Shown: piece by piece, positions 1 through 10,239 of the stretch | How the letters are laid out: each line of letters opens with the position of its first letter | Position numbering within the stretch: the stretch's first letter is position 1 | Virus record (IMG/VR): IMGVR_UViG_3300044950_000794 | Location: 1 to 55,871 of that record | DNA length: 55,871 nucleotides | DNA from: a virus | Taxonomy: Duplodnaviria > Caudoviricetes | Direction: 5' to 3' (one strand) | The notes under the pieces: generated by a model | Told to the model about the DNA's origin: nothing | Databases searched by the model: none | Seen by the model: the letters and a program-made list of their open reading frames with translations, nothing else | Made by a program: the position numbers and the translations under genes

Positions 1-129
1 CCCCGCTAGACTTCTCGCCTGCTCCGGGGAGATTGTGGCAAACGCGCGACCCTTCCCCTCGGGAGGACACGCGCCATCCTGCACCGTGTAGAGAATCTCC
101 CCGGTCGAGATTACATAACAAGCATGCAT
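1..129 (-). CDS. Partial gene running off the left edge, probably a tail fibre assembly or associated protein
   Basis: ATG at 127-129 overlaps the TGA of the upstream fibre gene (TGATG); the frame is open to the edge (MHACYVISTGEILYTVQDG...). Function inferred from position only. Confidence 0.5.
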   Translation of the reverse strand, partial: MHACYVISTGEILYTVQDGACPPEGKGRAFATISPEQARSLAG

Positions 130-2216
130 CATACCCACTCCGATAGTTTGTAAAAGTTGTATTCATAGGTGACAGCCAAGGCAGAAACAGACAAGTCAAC
201 AGGGGTCTTGTCGGATATGAAGGTTGCCGTGCAGCCATCCCACAGACGCACATACGCGCCGGACACATGCGTCTCTACGTTGCCAAGACTTAACTTACCC
301 CCCGAACCTCCAAACACGCAGATAACCCAAAGACCCGCGCCGTAGTTCGGAAACGTAACTACGGCATTATCAGCCTTCGTCATTGTTCCAGTGAACGTGG
401 GCTGCAAAGGCAAGACGTTAGCGGGAACCAGCACGTCTGTTCGTGCCGCGTATTTCAGAATACCCGGCGCACCCGCGCCGCCGTCTCCCCCAAGTTCCGC
501 GCCTTGGTCTTGCCCTGCGGAACCCGCACCCCCCGCACCGATAGTCACTACCAGCTTTGGCGTGGTCAGCGCGGACACGTCGTAATCCAGAATACTGTTC
601 AGAATCGCAGCACTACCTCCGTCGCCACCCTTCTCTGTGCCACCGCCGCCACCGCCACCAGAGCCGTAACCCGACCCATTGCCTCCGTTCCCGCCTACGG
701 TAGCCGCTGCACCCCCCGCGCCACCTGAGCCTAGTGCCGAACTTCCGCCAGCCCAGCCGCTATCGTCTGCGTGGATAGTGGTTGATCGCAGACCGCCAGC
801 GGAGGTCCAAGAGATACCCGTATTGGTTACACCATCCCAAAGCTGAACAGTCGTAGCACCGCCCGTGGTGGCGTTGATCGCAACCTGTGAACTGATAGTT
901 GTGCCGCCCGCTCCACCACCGCCGCCACCTAGAACTTGCAAACTGATTAGTTTAGTGCCAGCAGGCAAAGTGATGGTTTGAGAGGCGGTCACGTCTACGA
1001 GGGTTGGTGCGGTGACACCTGTAACATAGTGTCTGGCGTTGACACTTTTGTAGCCCGTCTGCGACGTGATCTGTAGATACTGAGGAATGCCGCCAATGTC
1101 CTTACCCGCAACAAAGCCAAAACCCGCAACACCGGGGGACTCCTCGGTTCTCCCCATGAAGATGCCATCGTTAAACGTGTCAAAAGCAGAATCCTTTCCC
1201 AAGACCAACGCCCCGGTAACGCTGTCAATCACCAAGGACTCGGTTACCTCAAGGTGCCGCGCGTTCATTATCCCGATGTTCGCCTTGCCCGCGTCAATCT
1301 GTGTAATGTGGGCGTTATTGATCAGTGCGTTCCCTATCTGCGCGGAACTGGTGATGATGTTTGACGCGATAGTCTGCCACCAAGCGTTGCTTGTCGCGGG
1401 GGCAGTGGGCGGGGCGTTAGGCCCCGTGGCGACGTGATCGACAAGCGCGACCCATGCCCCGGCGAGTGTAGTAACAGAGTCCCCGACGAGGTAAACGCCA
1501 GACAAGGACCAAGCCCCTCGGAACACGTTGCGTGTCGCCCCCGCTACGGCTGTTGTCCTGTTGATACGAGTCAGACCAAGCACCTGTGTTGCTGAACCGC
1601 AGACCGCCGTGATGTACATTTGCTCTGCCGCGCCAAGATCGCCCTCGGTAACATAGCAGACGCTACCATCACCTACGATAGGGACGCCCCAAGGACGCAG
1701 AACGCCTTGGTCTGTGTCCAGTGCTGCGCCGTTAGATGCAAAGAAACTGACCGGGGCGTTGGACTGCCGAACGGCGGTTATAGCAATCGTTTGAGACGCC
1801 GGGGAGGCCACCCCGTCTACGAACGTGAAACCAACGGCGGAGGGGATTAATGCCATACCTACGCCGTTGGCTCCCTGACGCGCTTTCGCCAAGCTGAACC
1901 GCGCGGTAAGGTCAGGGAAGCCAGACCGTGTTGCAAGGATATCGACAAACCCCGTGTCGTTGGACAAGGCGGTGACACGGTAGGTGCGTAATACGAGGTT
2001 GCCCGTGACCCCCGGTCCCGCCACGGCGGAAAAGGTCCACGCCGTGCTATCGTCCGACGTGCCTAGAACCACACTCGCTGTAGTCAAAGCCCCGGAGAAA
2101 TTCCCCCCGGAGCCGTCAGTTGCGGTAGCCACCATGTAGCTACTTTGCGTCAACGACAGCGCCACTGTGTCATTGACGTCTATAATAGAAATAGAGCCAG
2201 TAGCTACAATGGTCAT
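129..2216 (-). CDS. Distal tail fibre / receptor-binding protein with glycine-rich domain
   Basis: 695 aa; N-terminal MTIVATGSISIIDVND; internal FRGAWS..Y.VGD.V motif resembling a carbohydrate-binding module; AQIGNALINNAHI repeats; GGGGGGAGG-type Gly-rich C-terminal domain typical of phage fibres; lies downstream of the tail tip genes. Confidence 0.75.
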   Translation of the reverse strand: MTIVATGSISIIDVNDTVALSLTQSSYMVATATDGSGGNFSGALTTASVVLGTSDDSTAWTFSAVAGPGVTGNLVLRTYRVTALSNDTGFVDILATRSGFPDLTARFSLAKARQGANGVGMALIPSAVGFTFVDGVASPASQTIAITAVRQSNAPVSFFASNGAALDTDQGVLRPWGVPIVGDGSVCYVTEGDLGAAEQMYITAVCGSATQVLGLTRINRTTAVAGATRNVFRGAWSLSGVYLVGDSVTTLAGAWVALVDHVATGPNAPPTAPATSNAWWQTIASNIITSSAQIGNALINNAHITQIDAGKANIGIMNARHLEVTESLVIDSVTGALVLGKDSAFDTFNDGIFMGRTEESPGVAGFGFVAGKDIGGIPQYLQITSQTGYKSVNARHYVTGVTAPTLVDVTASQTITLPAGTKLISLQVLGGGGGGAGGTTISSQVAINATTGGATTVQLWDGVTNTGISWTSAGGLRSTTIHADDSGWAGGSSALGSGGAGGAAATVGGNGGNGSGYGSGGGGGGGTEKGGDGGSAAILNSILDYDVSALTTPKLVVTIGAGGAGSAGQDQGAELGGDGGAGAPGILKYAARTDVLVPANVLPLQPTFTGTMTKADNAVVTFPNYGAGLWVICVFGGSGGKLSLGNVETHVSGAYVRLWDGCTATFISDKTPVDLSVSALAVTYEYNFYKLSEWV

Positions 2217-2218
2217 GG

Positions 2219-3625
2219 TCAGCCCGCCGTGTAGGCGGTGTTAAGCATGAACACCGTCTGCAATGTCGCGCCATTGATATAGTACGCCCGGTAGTATCGG
2301 GTAAGCACAAACGCTTCTGAGGTTGCGGGGATGTTTGCCGATACCGCCACGTTCACGCAGGCCAGACGCCATGTTACGTTGTCGTTCGAGCATTCAATTC
2401 GGATAGTTCCAGCCACATCGGCATACGCGAAAACCCGAAACTTGTTGTATCTGTGAGCCGCGCCCGCCACTACGCCCACGTCTCGGACCGCGCCCGTCAC
2501 GACTGCGCTGGCCGCTTGGGCCGTTACGCTTTCGTTGAAAAACACGTTATCTTGGGAGGTGGTCGTAGCGGTAACTGTGCCTGACACGGGAACAGTGCCG
2601 ATCACGTTCACCCCCAAACCTTGCCCCGCTACCGACTGCCCCCGCCCAGAGGTGATTTCAGCGGTCAGTTCCGCGTAGTCGGTGCACGACACAAACTGTA
2701 GCTGTAGGTTGATGTTCGCGGGGGCTGCGGCGAGTGCGCAACGACCAGAAGACGAGGTATAATCCCCTGAAAATACCGTCCCGTTCAGTTCGAACGTGTT
2801 CGCATCGACAACCGTGATCACGTAGTTCCCACGGACGCCTGTGATACCGTTGAGTGCCTCCACCCAAACGGTGCTGCTGGTGGTGTAGCCGTGAGCGGTG
2901 CATGTTAGGCGAACTACCCCAGCCGTGCCCGATATAGCCCCGGTGATGTTCTTCCACGCGGCCATATTGTGTGACCGGATGCGCAGCTTGTAGACGGCGT
3001 TGGGGTCTGGAACTTGTTGCTGTCTCACGTAGCTATTTGCCCGAGACGTGGCACTGTCAATCACACGCGAATGAAAGTAAGTCTCGTCCGAGAACGGCTC
3101 AATCTCCAACAGCGAGTAGGTGGTCGTTGTGACGATTGTTGCCGCAGAACTCAACAAAGGACGCAAGCCTGAATTCTGCACCTCGTAGATCATCTGGGTG
3201 ACCGTCATTGTTGACGCGCCGCCAATGGCTATCGCCATGGATGATTTTCCGTCAGGGATACCCGTCACGGGGTCAACGGACACCGCCTCGATCCGGTGGT
3301 GGGTATTCGCCTGCCGGGGGGTTCCTGTCTGCACCCCGGCCATCACGCGGAAAGGAACACTAAACGTCTCCTTTCCTAGAAGTTCGGCGTAACCGCCTGC
3401 CGTGGTGCCAGATGCGATAGTCAGAACCCCGTCGGCCACCGTCGCAGTCGTGCCACCGGATACCGTCACGTCCCAGTTCGTTGCAAGGGCTTGCCCGAAA
3501 CTGTCACGGAATTTCTTTTGGATAGACGACACCTGACTGACAGGCGTGTGGACCCCGTCGTTGTCGATACTCGCCATGGACAACGATGCGCCGTTGCTGT
3601 CTCTTACTGCGATATTATTAGCCAT
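2219..3625 (-). CDS. Virion structural / tail-associated beta-rich protein
   Basis: Start taken at MANNIAVRD (AGGA upstream). Contains ITGAISG..VRLTCTAHG....VW......G.YVITVVDANTFEL, resembling the FCCH-like domain of phage tail proteins; lies between fibre genes. Confidence 0.6.
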   Translation of the reverse strand: MANNIAVRDSNGASLSMASIDNDGVHTPVSQVSSIQKKFRDSFGQALATNWDVTVSGGTTATVADGVLTIASGTTAGGYAELLGKETFSVPFRVMAGVQTGTPRQANTHHRIEAVSVDPVTGIPDGKSSMAIAIGGASTMTVTQMIYEVQNSGLRPLLSSAATIVTTTTYSLLEIEPFSDETYFHSRVIDSATSRANSYVRQQQVPDPNAVYKLRIRSHNMAAWKNITGAISGTAGVVRLTCTAHGYTTSSTVWVEALNGITGVRGNYVITVVDANTFELNGTVFSGDYTSSSGRCALAAAPANINLQLQFVSCTDYAELTAEITSGRGQSVAGQGLGVNVIGTVPVSGTVTATTTSQDNVFFNESVTAQAASAVVTGAVRDVGVVAGAAHRYNKFRVFAYADVAGTIRIECSNDNVTWRLACVNVAVSANIPATSEAFVLTRYYRAYYINGATLQTVFMLNTAYTAG

Positions 3626-3686
3626 TCTAGTTTCCTTACGTGTCAAAGGTGTGCGTAGGCGTCTAGCGCCAAGGTGTTATAGCAGC

Positions 3687-5156
3687 TTATGGGCGATCAG
3701 CGGAGAACTTAATTGCACCCTTCGCGTCGATTTCGTCACCAATGACCGTCAGTGCCGCCGCCGCCGCTGTGGTTACCGATGCAGCCTTGCAGATAAACAG
3801 CTTGGCACCCACTGCGTCGTTCGCCACGGCGGGGGCTGGCCAGTTGGTGTAGTTCAAGAAGGTGTTGGTGGACGGAGTGCGGATGGTGATAGTGTTGGCC
3901 GTGCCGGAGGCAACCTCGTAGAACCGCTCGGATAGTCCGGGGTAGACCACCTTGATAATGTCGCCCGCAGCCACAGTGATGTTGGCACCGTCATAGGTGA
4001 TGACCGCTGAAACACCCGTGGTGTTTACGGTCACGTTGCGGCCACCCGCCTGCGCGGTGCGGGTAGTGTCGATGAATGCCCCACGCTTTCCTGCCCGATT
4101 CCAGAATTCCCAATAGAACGTCCAGCCCGTCAAAGACGCAATCGGCACACCGCCGTAGAACATGGATACGGTCAAATCGGTCGTGCCGACCCCATTCTGG
4201 AATTTGTCGCCAGCCGTCGAGTTGACAATACCTGTGTAAGGATCGGAAATATCGTAGATCGGGAAGGTGCGTTGATACACCGTCAAGTCGGCATCCCGCA
4301 CCTCGACGCGCAACACGTCAGAGTTCAAAATGGCCGACTCGGACACAACCAACGTATTGTGTGCGGACCATGCCGCTGCCGCAGGAAGGTTGACGCCTAT
4401 GTCGCCGCCCGCAGCCGTTGGCACTGTCATCGCAGTAGTTGTTTTCAGTCCGTATTCCGTGTTCCACGGTGCCCCCGTGACAATCTGGGTGGAGCCGTTG
4501 TTCTCAAACCATCTGTAGGTGATACCCGTCGTATCAACACCCGCTTGGCGCATGAGGTTGGCCTGAACGGCAATGACATTTTTGGTGGCTCCGGTGGCCT
4601 TTTCGATCACCGTGCCGCCCGTCAACTGAACATACACCGCGTTGGTGCCTGTTTTGACAAGTCCCAAAGTCGTGGAAACTGCGACACGACTGACCAAAGA
4701 GGTCACGGGGTCAGTGTAATCCCCCTCAAACCACATAACAACCTGCGCAAGATTGTCCAGCAGGTTCGACTTGATCGCCAATGTGGAGCCAGCCCCATTG
4801 TGAACTGCGGTGAAGGTGAGTCCCGCCCCGGACACGAATGCAGCGGCCATGCGCGCGTCACTGCTGACCAGCGCGGCGGTGCCCGTGATCGGGTTTATCA
4901 AGTCGATGGTCCAGCGGCGATTGGTCAGTTGCCCAACAATGTCCGACGATGACCCGACACCCGGCAAGTAGACCTTTGCCGTGAGCAACAACCCGGTGCT
5001 GCTGTTCGCCGTAGTCCAGTCAGGGCTATACGCGGTGCTGCTCTCGTCCTTTGTGAACGTCTGCTGTGTGCCGGGAGCAGAAATGAGGATCGGGCTGAGT
5101 GCCCGCGCGTCATTGTTGTCAACGATAGTGATTTGTCCGGCTGCTACGATTGTCAT
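3687..5156 (-). CDS. Tail fibre protein with tandem Ig-like modules
   Basis: 489 aa; N-terminal MTIVAAGQITIVDNND; repeated modules (TYRWF, YDISDPY, NSTAGDKFQNG..T.L) of siphophage antireceptor type; directly after gpJ. Confidence 0.7.
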   Translation of the reverse strand: MTIVAAGQITIVDNNDARALSPILISAPGTQQTFTKDESSTAYSPDWTTANSSTGLLLTAKVYLPGVGSSSDIVGQLTNRRWTIDLINPITGTAALVSSDARMAAAFVSGAGLTFTAVHNGAGSTLAIKSNLLDNLAQVVMWFEGDYTDPVTSLVSRVAVSTTLGLVKTGTNAVYVQLTGGTVIEKATGATKNVIAVQANLMRQAGVDTTGITYRWFENNGSTQIVTGAPWNTEYGLKTTTAMTVPTAAGGDIGVNLPAAAAWSAHNTLVVSESAILNSDVLRVEVRDADLTVYQRTFPIYDISDPYTGIVNSTAGDKFQNGVGTTDLTVSMFYGGVPIASLTGWTFYWEFWNRAGKRGAFIDTTRTAQAGGRNVTVNTTGVSAVITYDGANITVAAGDIIKVVYPGLSERFYEVASGTANTITIRTPSTNTFLNYTNWPAPAVANDAVGAKLFICKAASVTTAAAAALTVIGDEIDAKGAIKFSADRP

Positions 5157-5167
5157 GTCTTAGTCCC

Positions 5168-8100
5168 CTATGGTGATACTATGTCGCAGAAGAAGGTTGC
5201 GCGGCTGTTTATTTGGTCGATGCTCACACTGAGGTTCTTGTAACCCCCAGCCGAATACAGTGCGTTAAACGTCGCGTCGTCGTTAGGCGGGGCCGACGCG
5301 ACGACGGACACCCTACGCCATCGAAACCACGACGCGGGGGTGATCGTTGTGACCTCTGCCCCGTTCTTGAACAGTCGCGCGCTCAGTAGCGTGGTTTGCC
5401 CCATACCCACCTTAAACGAGGTACCATTGGAGGACTCTATACCAACGGTGAAGTTAAATCCAGTCTCGAAATAGATAGACCACGCCAAGGGGGTGCCCGT
5501 TAGGATATAGCTGTTTCCATCCGTAGTATTTCGGTAAACCGCGTTCTGTGCCCAAGCGGCCCCAAGCCCCCCCTGTGTCGGCGGCGTGGAGAACGCTCCA
5601 ACATAGTTAATTGACGGCACAAGACTGTTGGCGGCCACCTGTGATATAGCAATCTGTGAGCCATTCACCCATACGTAGGCCCCTGCCCCCACTTCACCGT
5701 TGGCCCCGAATACAAGGTCACCGGAGGCGTCCAACACGTTCAAGCCTCGTCCGTCCACGTCAGTGTTGACGACCGCGTGAGTCGTGGCCTGCCCGACGTA
5801 TACCAGTCCCGACCTAACCAATGGCGTGCCATGTGCCACCGTACGCGCCCAGAAATGCCGTGTCTCCCCGGTGCCAAGTCCTACCATAGTGAACCTCTCG
5901 GACGGAGTAGCACCGGCCAGAACCGCCGTCGCCTCCACACCGGTGGCACTTGAGTAAATCTCAACCTCCTTGAACGACGGTAGGTCCGAGGGGTTTACCC
6001 ACTTCACTTGGATTTGCCGTATACCCCCGACAACGACGGGGGATGACACGTTAGGCATGATATAGTCCGCAGGCCTTCCCGTGACGTCAAACACAAGGAG
6101 GCTTGTGTCATTTGATTTGCGACCAGTTCCATCGTATGCACGTAAGACTGCATGATATCTTGCCCCCGCTACTAGGTCTGGGAGCGTCACGGTGTTATTC
6201 ATCCGCAGATCAATGGTCCTCCACTCCTGCCCACGTATGCGGTAGGACAACTCATACCCGCGCACGCGCGGGTCAGTGTGGCGTGTGAATGCAAGCTGCA
6301 CACTCGGGCTGTCAGCCGCACCCGGTGCGGGCGCTACGAACTCAGCCACCCGGAAGTTCTGTGGGACGGGTAAGGCCCCGGTGGGCATAAGCGGCTCCGG
6401 GAAGGATGGTAACTCGTAGCCACCCTCAATGATGCCATACTTGGAAGGATCATGCTGTAGTGCTGTTATCTCATACTGGTCCTTGCCCACTTCTCGGTTT
6501 GCCAGCACACGCCATAGCGTGTCGGGGCCGCTGATCTTACGCAAGGCCCAGATAGTTTCCAAGGGATTGGCGGTGAGTTCGGGCAGTGCAACACTAACGT
6601 CTATCACTGCCGTGCTGCCGCTGGCAGACGTGACGGTCCTATAGTGCAGCGCGCGTTGCTTGTCGTGGATCACCAGTTCGTATGCTTGCCCCGGATCAAG
6701 GTAGACAGACCGGTCTAGTGTCACGGTGTTGGTGGTGTACCCCGACAAGCGCCCGCCCATGGAGACGCCCATGGTCGATGGGTCCATGACGCGCACTACA
6801 CTCCCCGGCCCTATGTCGAAGTGATCGGGACCGGCCACGTACGTGATAACCTCACTCTCCATCCTTTCGGTGTATAGAAGCCACCGCCCGGCCCGAACCG
6901 CTTGCGCCCGGCTGGTACACCCGAAAGCGATAATGTCGGTAGGCCGCAGCCCGTTTTTGAAGATGCCCTCACGGTCGTCAACCGTTACCACATCGCGTTT
7001 GTAGAAATTGGCAGGGTTGTTATAGGTCACGTTCACCCTGTTGTGCACGGTCAAAAGGCTTGCCCCTTTGTAGGAGAACTCACCGTCAACGGTGTTGGCG
7101 CGTGTCACGGTAACCTCCGGGTCGCGGGGCATGTCAGCCGTGAACATAACGCTGCCTAGGGCATAATAAATCATGCCCCTGAACACACTGGACATAGCGT
7201 TCAGCAGTTGGTAGGCCTCAAAGCGCGTGCTAATATAGGCGTTGAATGAGAAGCGCGGCTCAAGGCTTCCGTCCCCATTATCCACCAGAGGGGCGCAATA
7301 CTGGCTGATGGCATATAGCGTAGTGTCGTCAAGGTAGGTTTCCGGTATGTACCGGCCAAGGCCCCACCGCTCATTTCGCATCACCGCTCGCAAGCACCAC
7401 GCGGGGCAGTCAGTCCATTCCTCTTTGAACGCACCGTTCCATATGCCGGTGTACACCCGTGTAATAGGGTCAAAGTTGACAGGCACCGGGCAAATCAGAC
7501 CCTCGACTAGCACAGCGCGCGACGGGATATTGTTGCCGAACTGCTCCGCGCTAGCGGATATCGCAAGAAGGGCGGTGTGTGGGTACACGAACTTTTGGTC
7601 AATGATCTGGGTGTATGAGAAGAAGTGCACTTCATTGGCGAGTTCAGTGCTGTCAACGGCATCGTCAGTCTCGCGCACAACACGAACGTTCCATGGTCCA
7701 GCGCCCGTCAGGTTGAACCGGTGGGCTAGGAACGTGGGGCTGGTACACTTCTGGTTTGACAGGACGAAGGGGCTACCGGATATGTCGATCCAGCTTCCGC
7801 CAGATGGCTGGTACTGTACGCGGTAGCTTACGTCGGTGACCAGCATATCGCCTTTTTCTTTGTTCAGCTTCCATAGCTGGGGTATCTTTATCTGCACCCG
7901 CACTGCGTCGGTAAGCTGCTCATTGATAGTCCGAACCACGGGTGTGGCCTTGACAACGTGTGTGTCAACCACAATCTCTGCCTCCTGAGAGGAAAAGCCG
8001 GGGATGGCGCTTTGGTCTGGCAGGCCTAGACGTGTGTGGTAGGTCACGCCCTTGAAGTTAAGAGCGCCCCCTTCGTCATACAACGGTACTTCGTTCAGAT

Positions 8101-8284
8101 ACGGCGCACTGATAGACTTGATAGGCCCCTCGCATATAGCCTCAAGCAGGCGAATAACGTGGTTTGACTGTAGGGTGTTGGCGTCAGTTCTGGGGGAACT
8201 GCCCGCCTTGCCGCCCGCCCCATGGGCCACCGTGGAGAACCCATCCACAGCCCCGAAGTCCTGAACAAACGAGTTAATTCCCAT
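5168..8284 (-). CDS. Central tail fibre / host specificity protein (lambda gpJ / TipJ-like)
   Basis: Motifs LLEAICEGPI, YPHTALL, YTGIWNGAFK..WTDCPAW, EPRFSFN, FGCTSRAQA.RAGRW.LYTE, plus FN3-like domains. Start placed at MGINSF just after the gpI stop; the longer ORF overlaps gpI. Confidence 0.92.
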   Translation of the reverse strand: MGINSFVQDFGAVDGFSTVAHGAGGKAGSSPRTDANTLQSNHVIRLLEAICEGPIKSISAPYLNEVPLYDEGGALNFKGVTYHTRLGLPDQSAIPGFSSQEAEIVVDTHVVKATPVVRTINEQLTDAVRVQIKIPQLWKLNKEKGDMLVTDVSYRVQYQPSGGSWIDISGSPFVLSNQKCTSPTFLAHRFNLTGAGPWNVRVVRETDDAVDSTELANEVHFFSYTQIIDQKFVYPHTALLAISASAEQFGNNIPSRAVLVEGLICPVPVNFDPITRVYTGIWNGAFKEEWTDCPAWCLRAVMRNERWGLGRYIPETYLDDTTLYAISQYCAPLVDNGDGSLEPRFSFNAYISTRFEAYQLLNAMSSVFRGMIYYALGSVMFTADMPRDPEVTVTRANTVDGEFSYKGASLLTVHNRVNVTYNNPANFYKRDVVTVDDREGIFKNGLRPTDIIAFGCTSRAQAVRAGRWLLYTERMESEVITYVAGPDHFDIGPGSVVRVMDPSTMGVSMGGRLSGYTTNTVTLDRSVYLDPGQAYELVIHDKQRALHYRTVTSASGSTAVIDVSVALPELTANPLETIWALRKISGPDTLWRVLANREVGKDQYEITALQHDPSKYGIIEGGYELPSFPEPLMPTGALPVPQNFRVAEFVAPAPGAADSPSVQLAFTRHTDPRVRGYELSYRIRGQEWRTIDLRMNNTVTLPDLVAGARYHAVLRAYDGTGRKSNDTSLLVFDVTGRPADYIMPNVSSPVVVGGIRQIQVKWVNPSDLPSFKEVEIYSSATGVEATAVLAGATPSERFTMVGLGTGETRHFWARTVAHGTPLVRSGLVYVGQATTHAVVNTDVDGRGLNVLDASGDLVFGANGEVGAGAYVWVNGSQIAISQVAANSLVPSINYVGAFSTPPTQGGLGAAWAQNAVYRNTTDGNSYILTGTPLAWSIYFETGFNFTVGIESSNGTSFKVGMGQTTLLSARLFKNGAEVTTITPASWFRWRRVSVVASAPPNDDATFNALYSAGGYKNLSVSIDQINSRATFFCDIVSP

Positions 8285-8286
8285 GA

Positions 8287-9414
8287 CTATCTGCCACCTA
8301 CATCGGTAGTTGTGAAGTTGCCGTTGCCGTCGTTGGTGTTGGTATACCCTACGTTTGCGCCGGGGGCGTCTGAGTAGTTTCCGAGAGTGGCTGTCACCAC
8401 GGTCTCGGAAACCACTGGCCCGTTGGTAAGTGTGAGGTTCAGCTTTGAGGTGTAACCTCTTTTCGCAGAGAACCCCGCATTCCATATCACCTGCACAGTG
8501 TCCGTCTGCGCGGATGGGTTGACGTAGAACGTAACCGCGCCCGCACCCGCTATGGTCTTAACAGTTCCAGAGAACGTGGGGAATGTGCCTATAGCCACCT
8601 TGGCCGCACCGTCCAACGAGGCGTGAGTTACGCTGAACCCCGTTGGCAGGGACAGAAGATCAAGCATGTCCACCACGTTACCCCGCCCACCGGCTAGGGG
8701 CGTATCAGGGTCTCGCGGGGTAGTGATCACTGGGTAGACCCTGTAGTAGGGCAGGTGCACGGCGGGGTTACTCACCTCGTTGTCGAGAGGGTCTCCCAGT
8801 AACATTTCAACGTCAAGGCTTGCGCTTACGACAACTGTACCCACCATCATCTTACCAAACACCAGCCCAAGCACGCCACCTTGCTCGGTGACGTTTACGG
8901 GGCCATTGAATACATAGGATTGCTTTTCTTCCTCTGCTTTGTTGGCTTTCATAGAGGGCGTTAAGAGAATGCCAACACCCTGTAGGATAAGACCGGCCCC
9001 CATGGTAGCTAGAGTGCCGTAGGTAGACCCAGTTAGCCCGAACAGGCCCGGAAGCACCGTGGCCAAAGTCCCGCCAGAAAGAAAGAAAGCTGCGCCTATG
9101 ATAAGACCCCCGATAATGGCCATCAACAGGCCCTTGCCCTTCTTGGCACCCACGGCTTCAGGCATGATATGCAGTTCTTCGCCGGTGAACCCGAGCGTCA
9201 ACCTGTCAGCTGGTAGGTCTCTCTCCCGCTTGCCACGAACAGCCGTCACGAAGTAACGGCCCTCCTTGAAGCGCTTGATGAAGCCGGGGAAGTTCACCTC
9301 AATCAGGCGTAGCGCCTCAGCGGGCGTCTTGAACACCAACTCAAGGGTGTCCCCGACACCCTCTGCTAGATGACCGAACAGCCGAACTGTCCTAAGCGTT
9401 GCCGGTGCGCTCAT
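8287..9414 (-). CDS. Tail assembly protein (lambda gpI-like) with C-terminal extension
   Basis: LRTVRLFGHL..., TPAEALRLI, hydrophobic Gly-rich segment, SYVFNGPVN.TEQG..L.LVFG.M.VG..VVSA; order L-K-I-J. Confidence 0.88.
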   Translation of the reverse strand: MSAPATLRTVRLFGHLAEGVGDTLELVFKTPAEALRLIEVNFPGFIKRFKEGRYFVTAVRGKRERDLPADRLTLGFTGEELHIMPEAVGAKKGKGLLMAIIGGLIIGAAFFLSGGTLATVLPGLFGLTGSTYGTLATMGAGLILQGVGILLTPSMKANKAEEEKQSYVFNGPVNVTEQGGVLGLVFGKMMVGTVVVSASLDVEMLLGDPLDNEVSNPAVHLPYYRVYPVITTPRDPDTPLAGGRGNVVDMLDLLSLPTGFSVTHASLDGAAKVAIGTFPTFSGTVKTIAGAGAVTFYVNPSAQTDTVQVIWNAGFSAKRGYTSKLNLTLTNGPVVSETVVTATLGNYSDAPGANVGYTNTNDGNGNFTTTDVGGR

Positions 9415-9420
9415 AGCGTA

Positions 9421-10239
9421 CTACCCCCGATATCGCATGACCTTGTGCAGGAACCTTCCCCATTGCACGAGGGGGTCCGTCTTGCTTATCTTGCCGTGCA
9501 TGTGGTGAAGGAACAAGCCCTCGCTTACGTATACTCCACAGTGTGTCACTACGTTATGCCTCAGCTTGAATAGTAACCCGTCACCATCCTGTATATCGGC
9601 CCGCTCAACCTCGTGGTAGCAGTCGTTAGTCATATGTGTGATTAGCGGGTTTTCGGCGGTACGGTCATCCCACCAGTCCTCGGCCCTAGGGTAGTCTGGG
9701 AGCACGTTTCCGAAAGCTGCCCAGTGATAGTGCCGAACCATCGCGAAGCAGTCTGTAACTCCCGACCGAAAGTCTCGGTGCTTCAGCGGGGGTACGGGTA
9801 GCTGGTCGCCCCACCCCCAGAAGTCCATGAAGGTGTTCTTGTGTGACAGGGTGCAGACGTAGTAAGGCACAGCCATGGTCAGTTGTGAGGATATGTCAGC
9901 CGGGCTTGGGGCTAACTCCCCATGGGGGTGTGAATGGAATACGCCTTGTAGCGTTCCGTCCAGCATGTGCTTGCGTGTATGCTCCCGACCTATAACGAAG
10001 TGGCCGCGCCGGTCCTCTGCCTCGTTATCGCAGGGTAGGTAGCGCACCCGGTGCGGCCCGTCCTCAACAAATAGCCCGCACGCCTCGTCAGGCCACTTAG
10101 CGTGAGCGTGGTGTATGGCGTCTTGCTTGGCGTCCTCGCCTATTGACGCAAGCGGCCTACCATGGGGAAGCCCCCGAATGGGGTTTCCTCGTCGCGTCCA
10201 TAGCGCGCCCGACAGCCGGTCTTCAGTTGGTGTGAACAT
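9421..10239 (-). CDS. Tail tip protein K (JAB/MPN + NlpC/P60)
   Basis: P.EACG, FHSHP, PS.AD (JAB domain); GVTDCF, HCGVY, LHH (NlpC/P60). Exact start uncertain because it overlaps gpL. Confidence 0.9.
   Translation of the reverse strand: MFTPTEDRLSGALWTRRGNPIRGLPHGRPLASIGEDAKQDAIHHAHAKWPDEACGLFVEDGPHRVRYLPCDNEAEDRRGHFVIGREHTRKHMLDGTLQGVFHSHPHGELAPSPADISSQLTMAVPYYVCTLSHKNTFMDFWGWGDQLPVPPLKHRDFRSGVTDCFAMVRHYHWAAFGNVLPDYPRAEDWWDDRTAENPLITHMTNDCYHEVERADIQDGDGLLFKLRHNVVTHCGVYVSEGLFLHHMHGKISKTDPLVQWGRFLHKVMRYRG

Noticed and set aside
24-104. Inverted repeat CCGGGGAGATT/AATCTCCCCGG as a structured RNA or DGR hairpin
   Set aside because: It lies inside a plausible coupled CDS; no reverse transcriptase or template/variable repeat pair is visible.
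8285-8485. N-terminal 67 aa of the 1105-aa gpJ ORF
   Set aside because: It overlaps the gpI coding region and reads like an off-frame translation; ATG 8284 follows the gpI stop directly.
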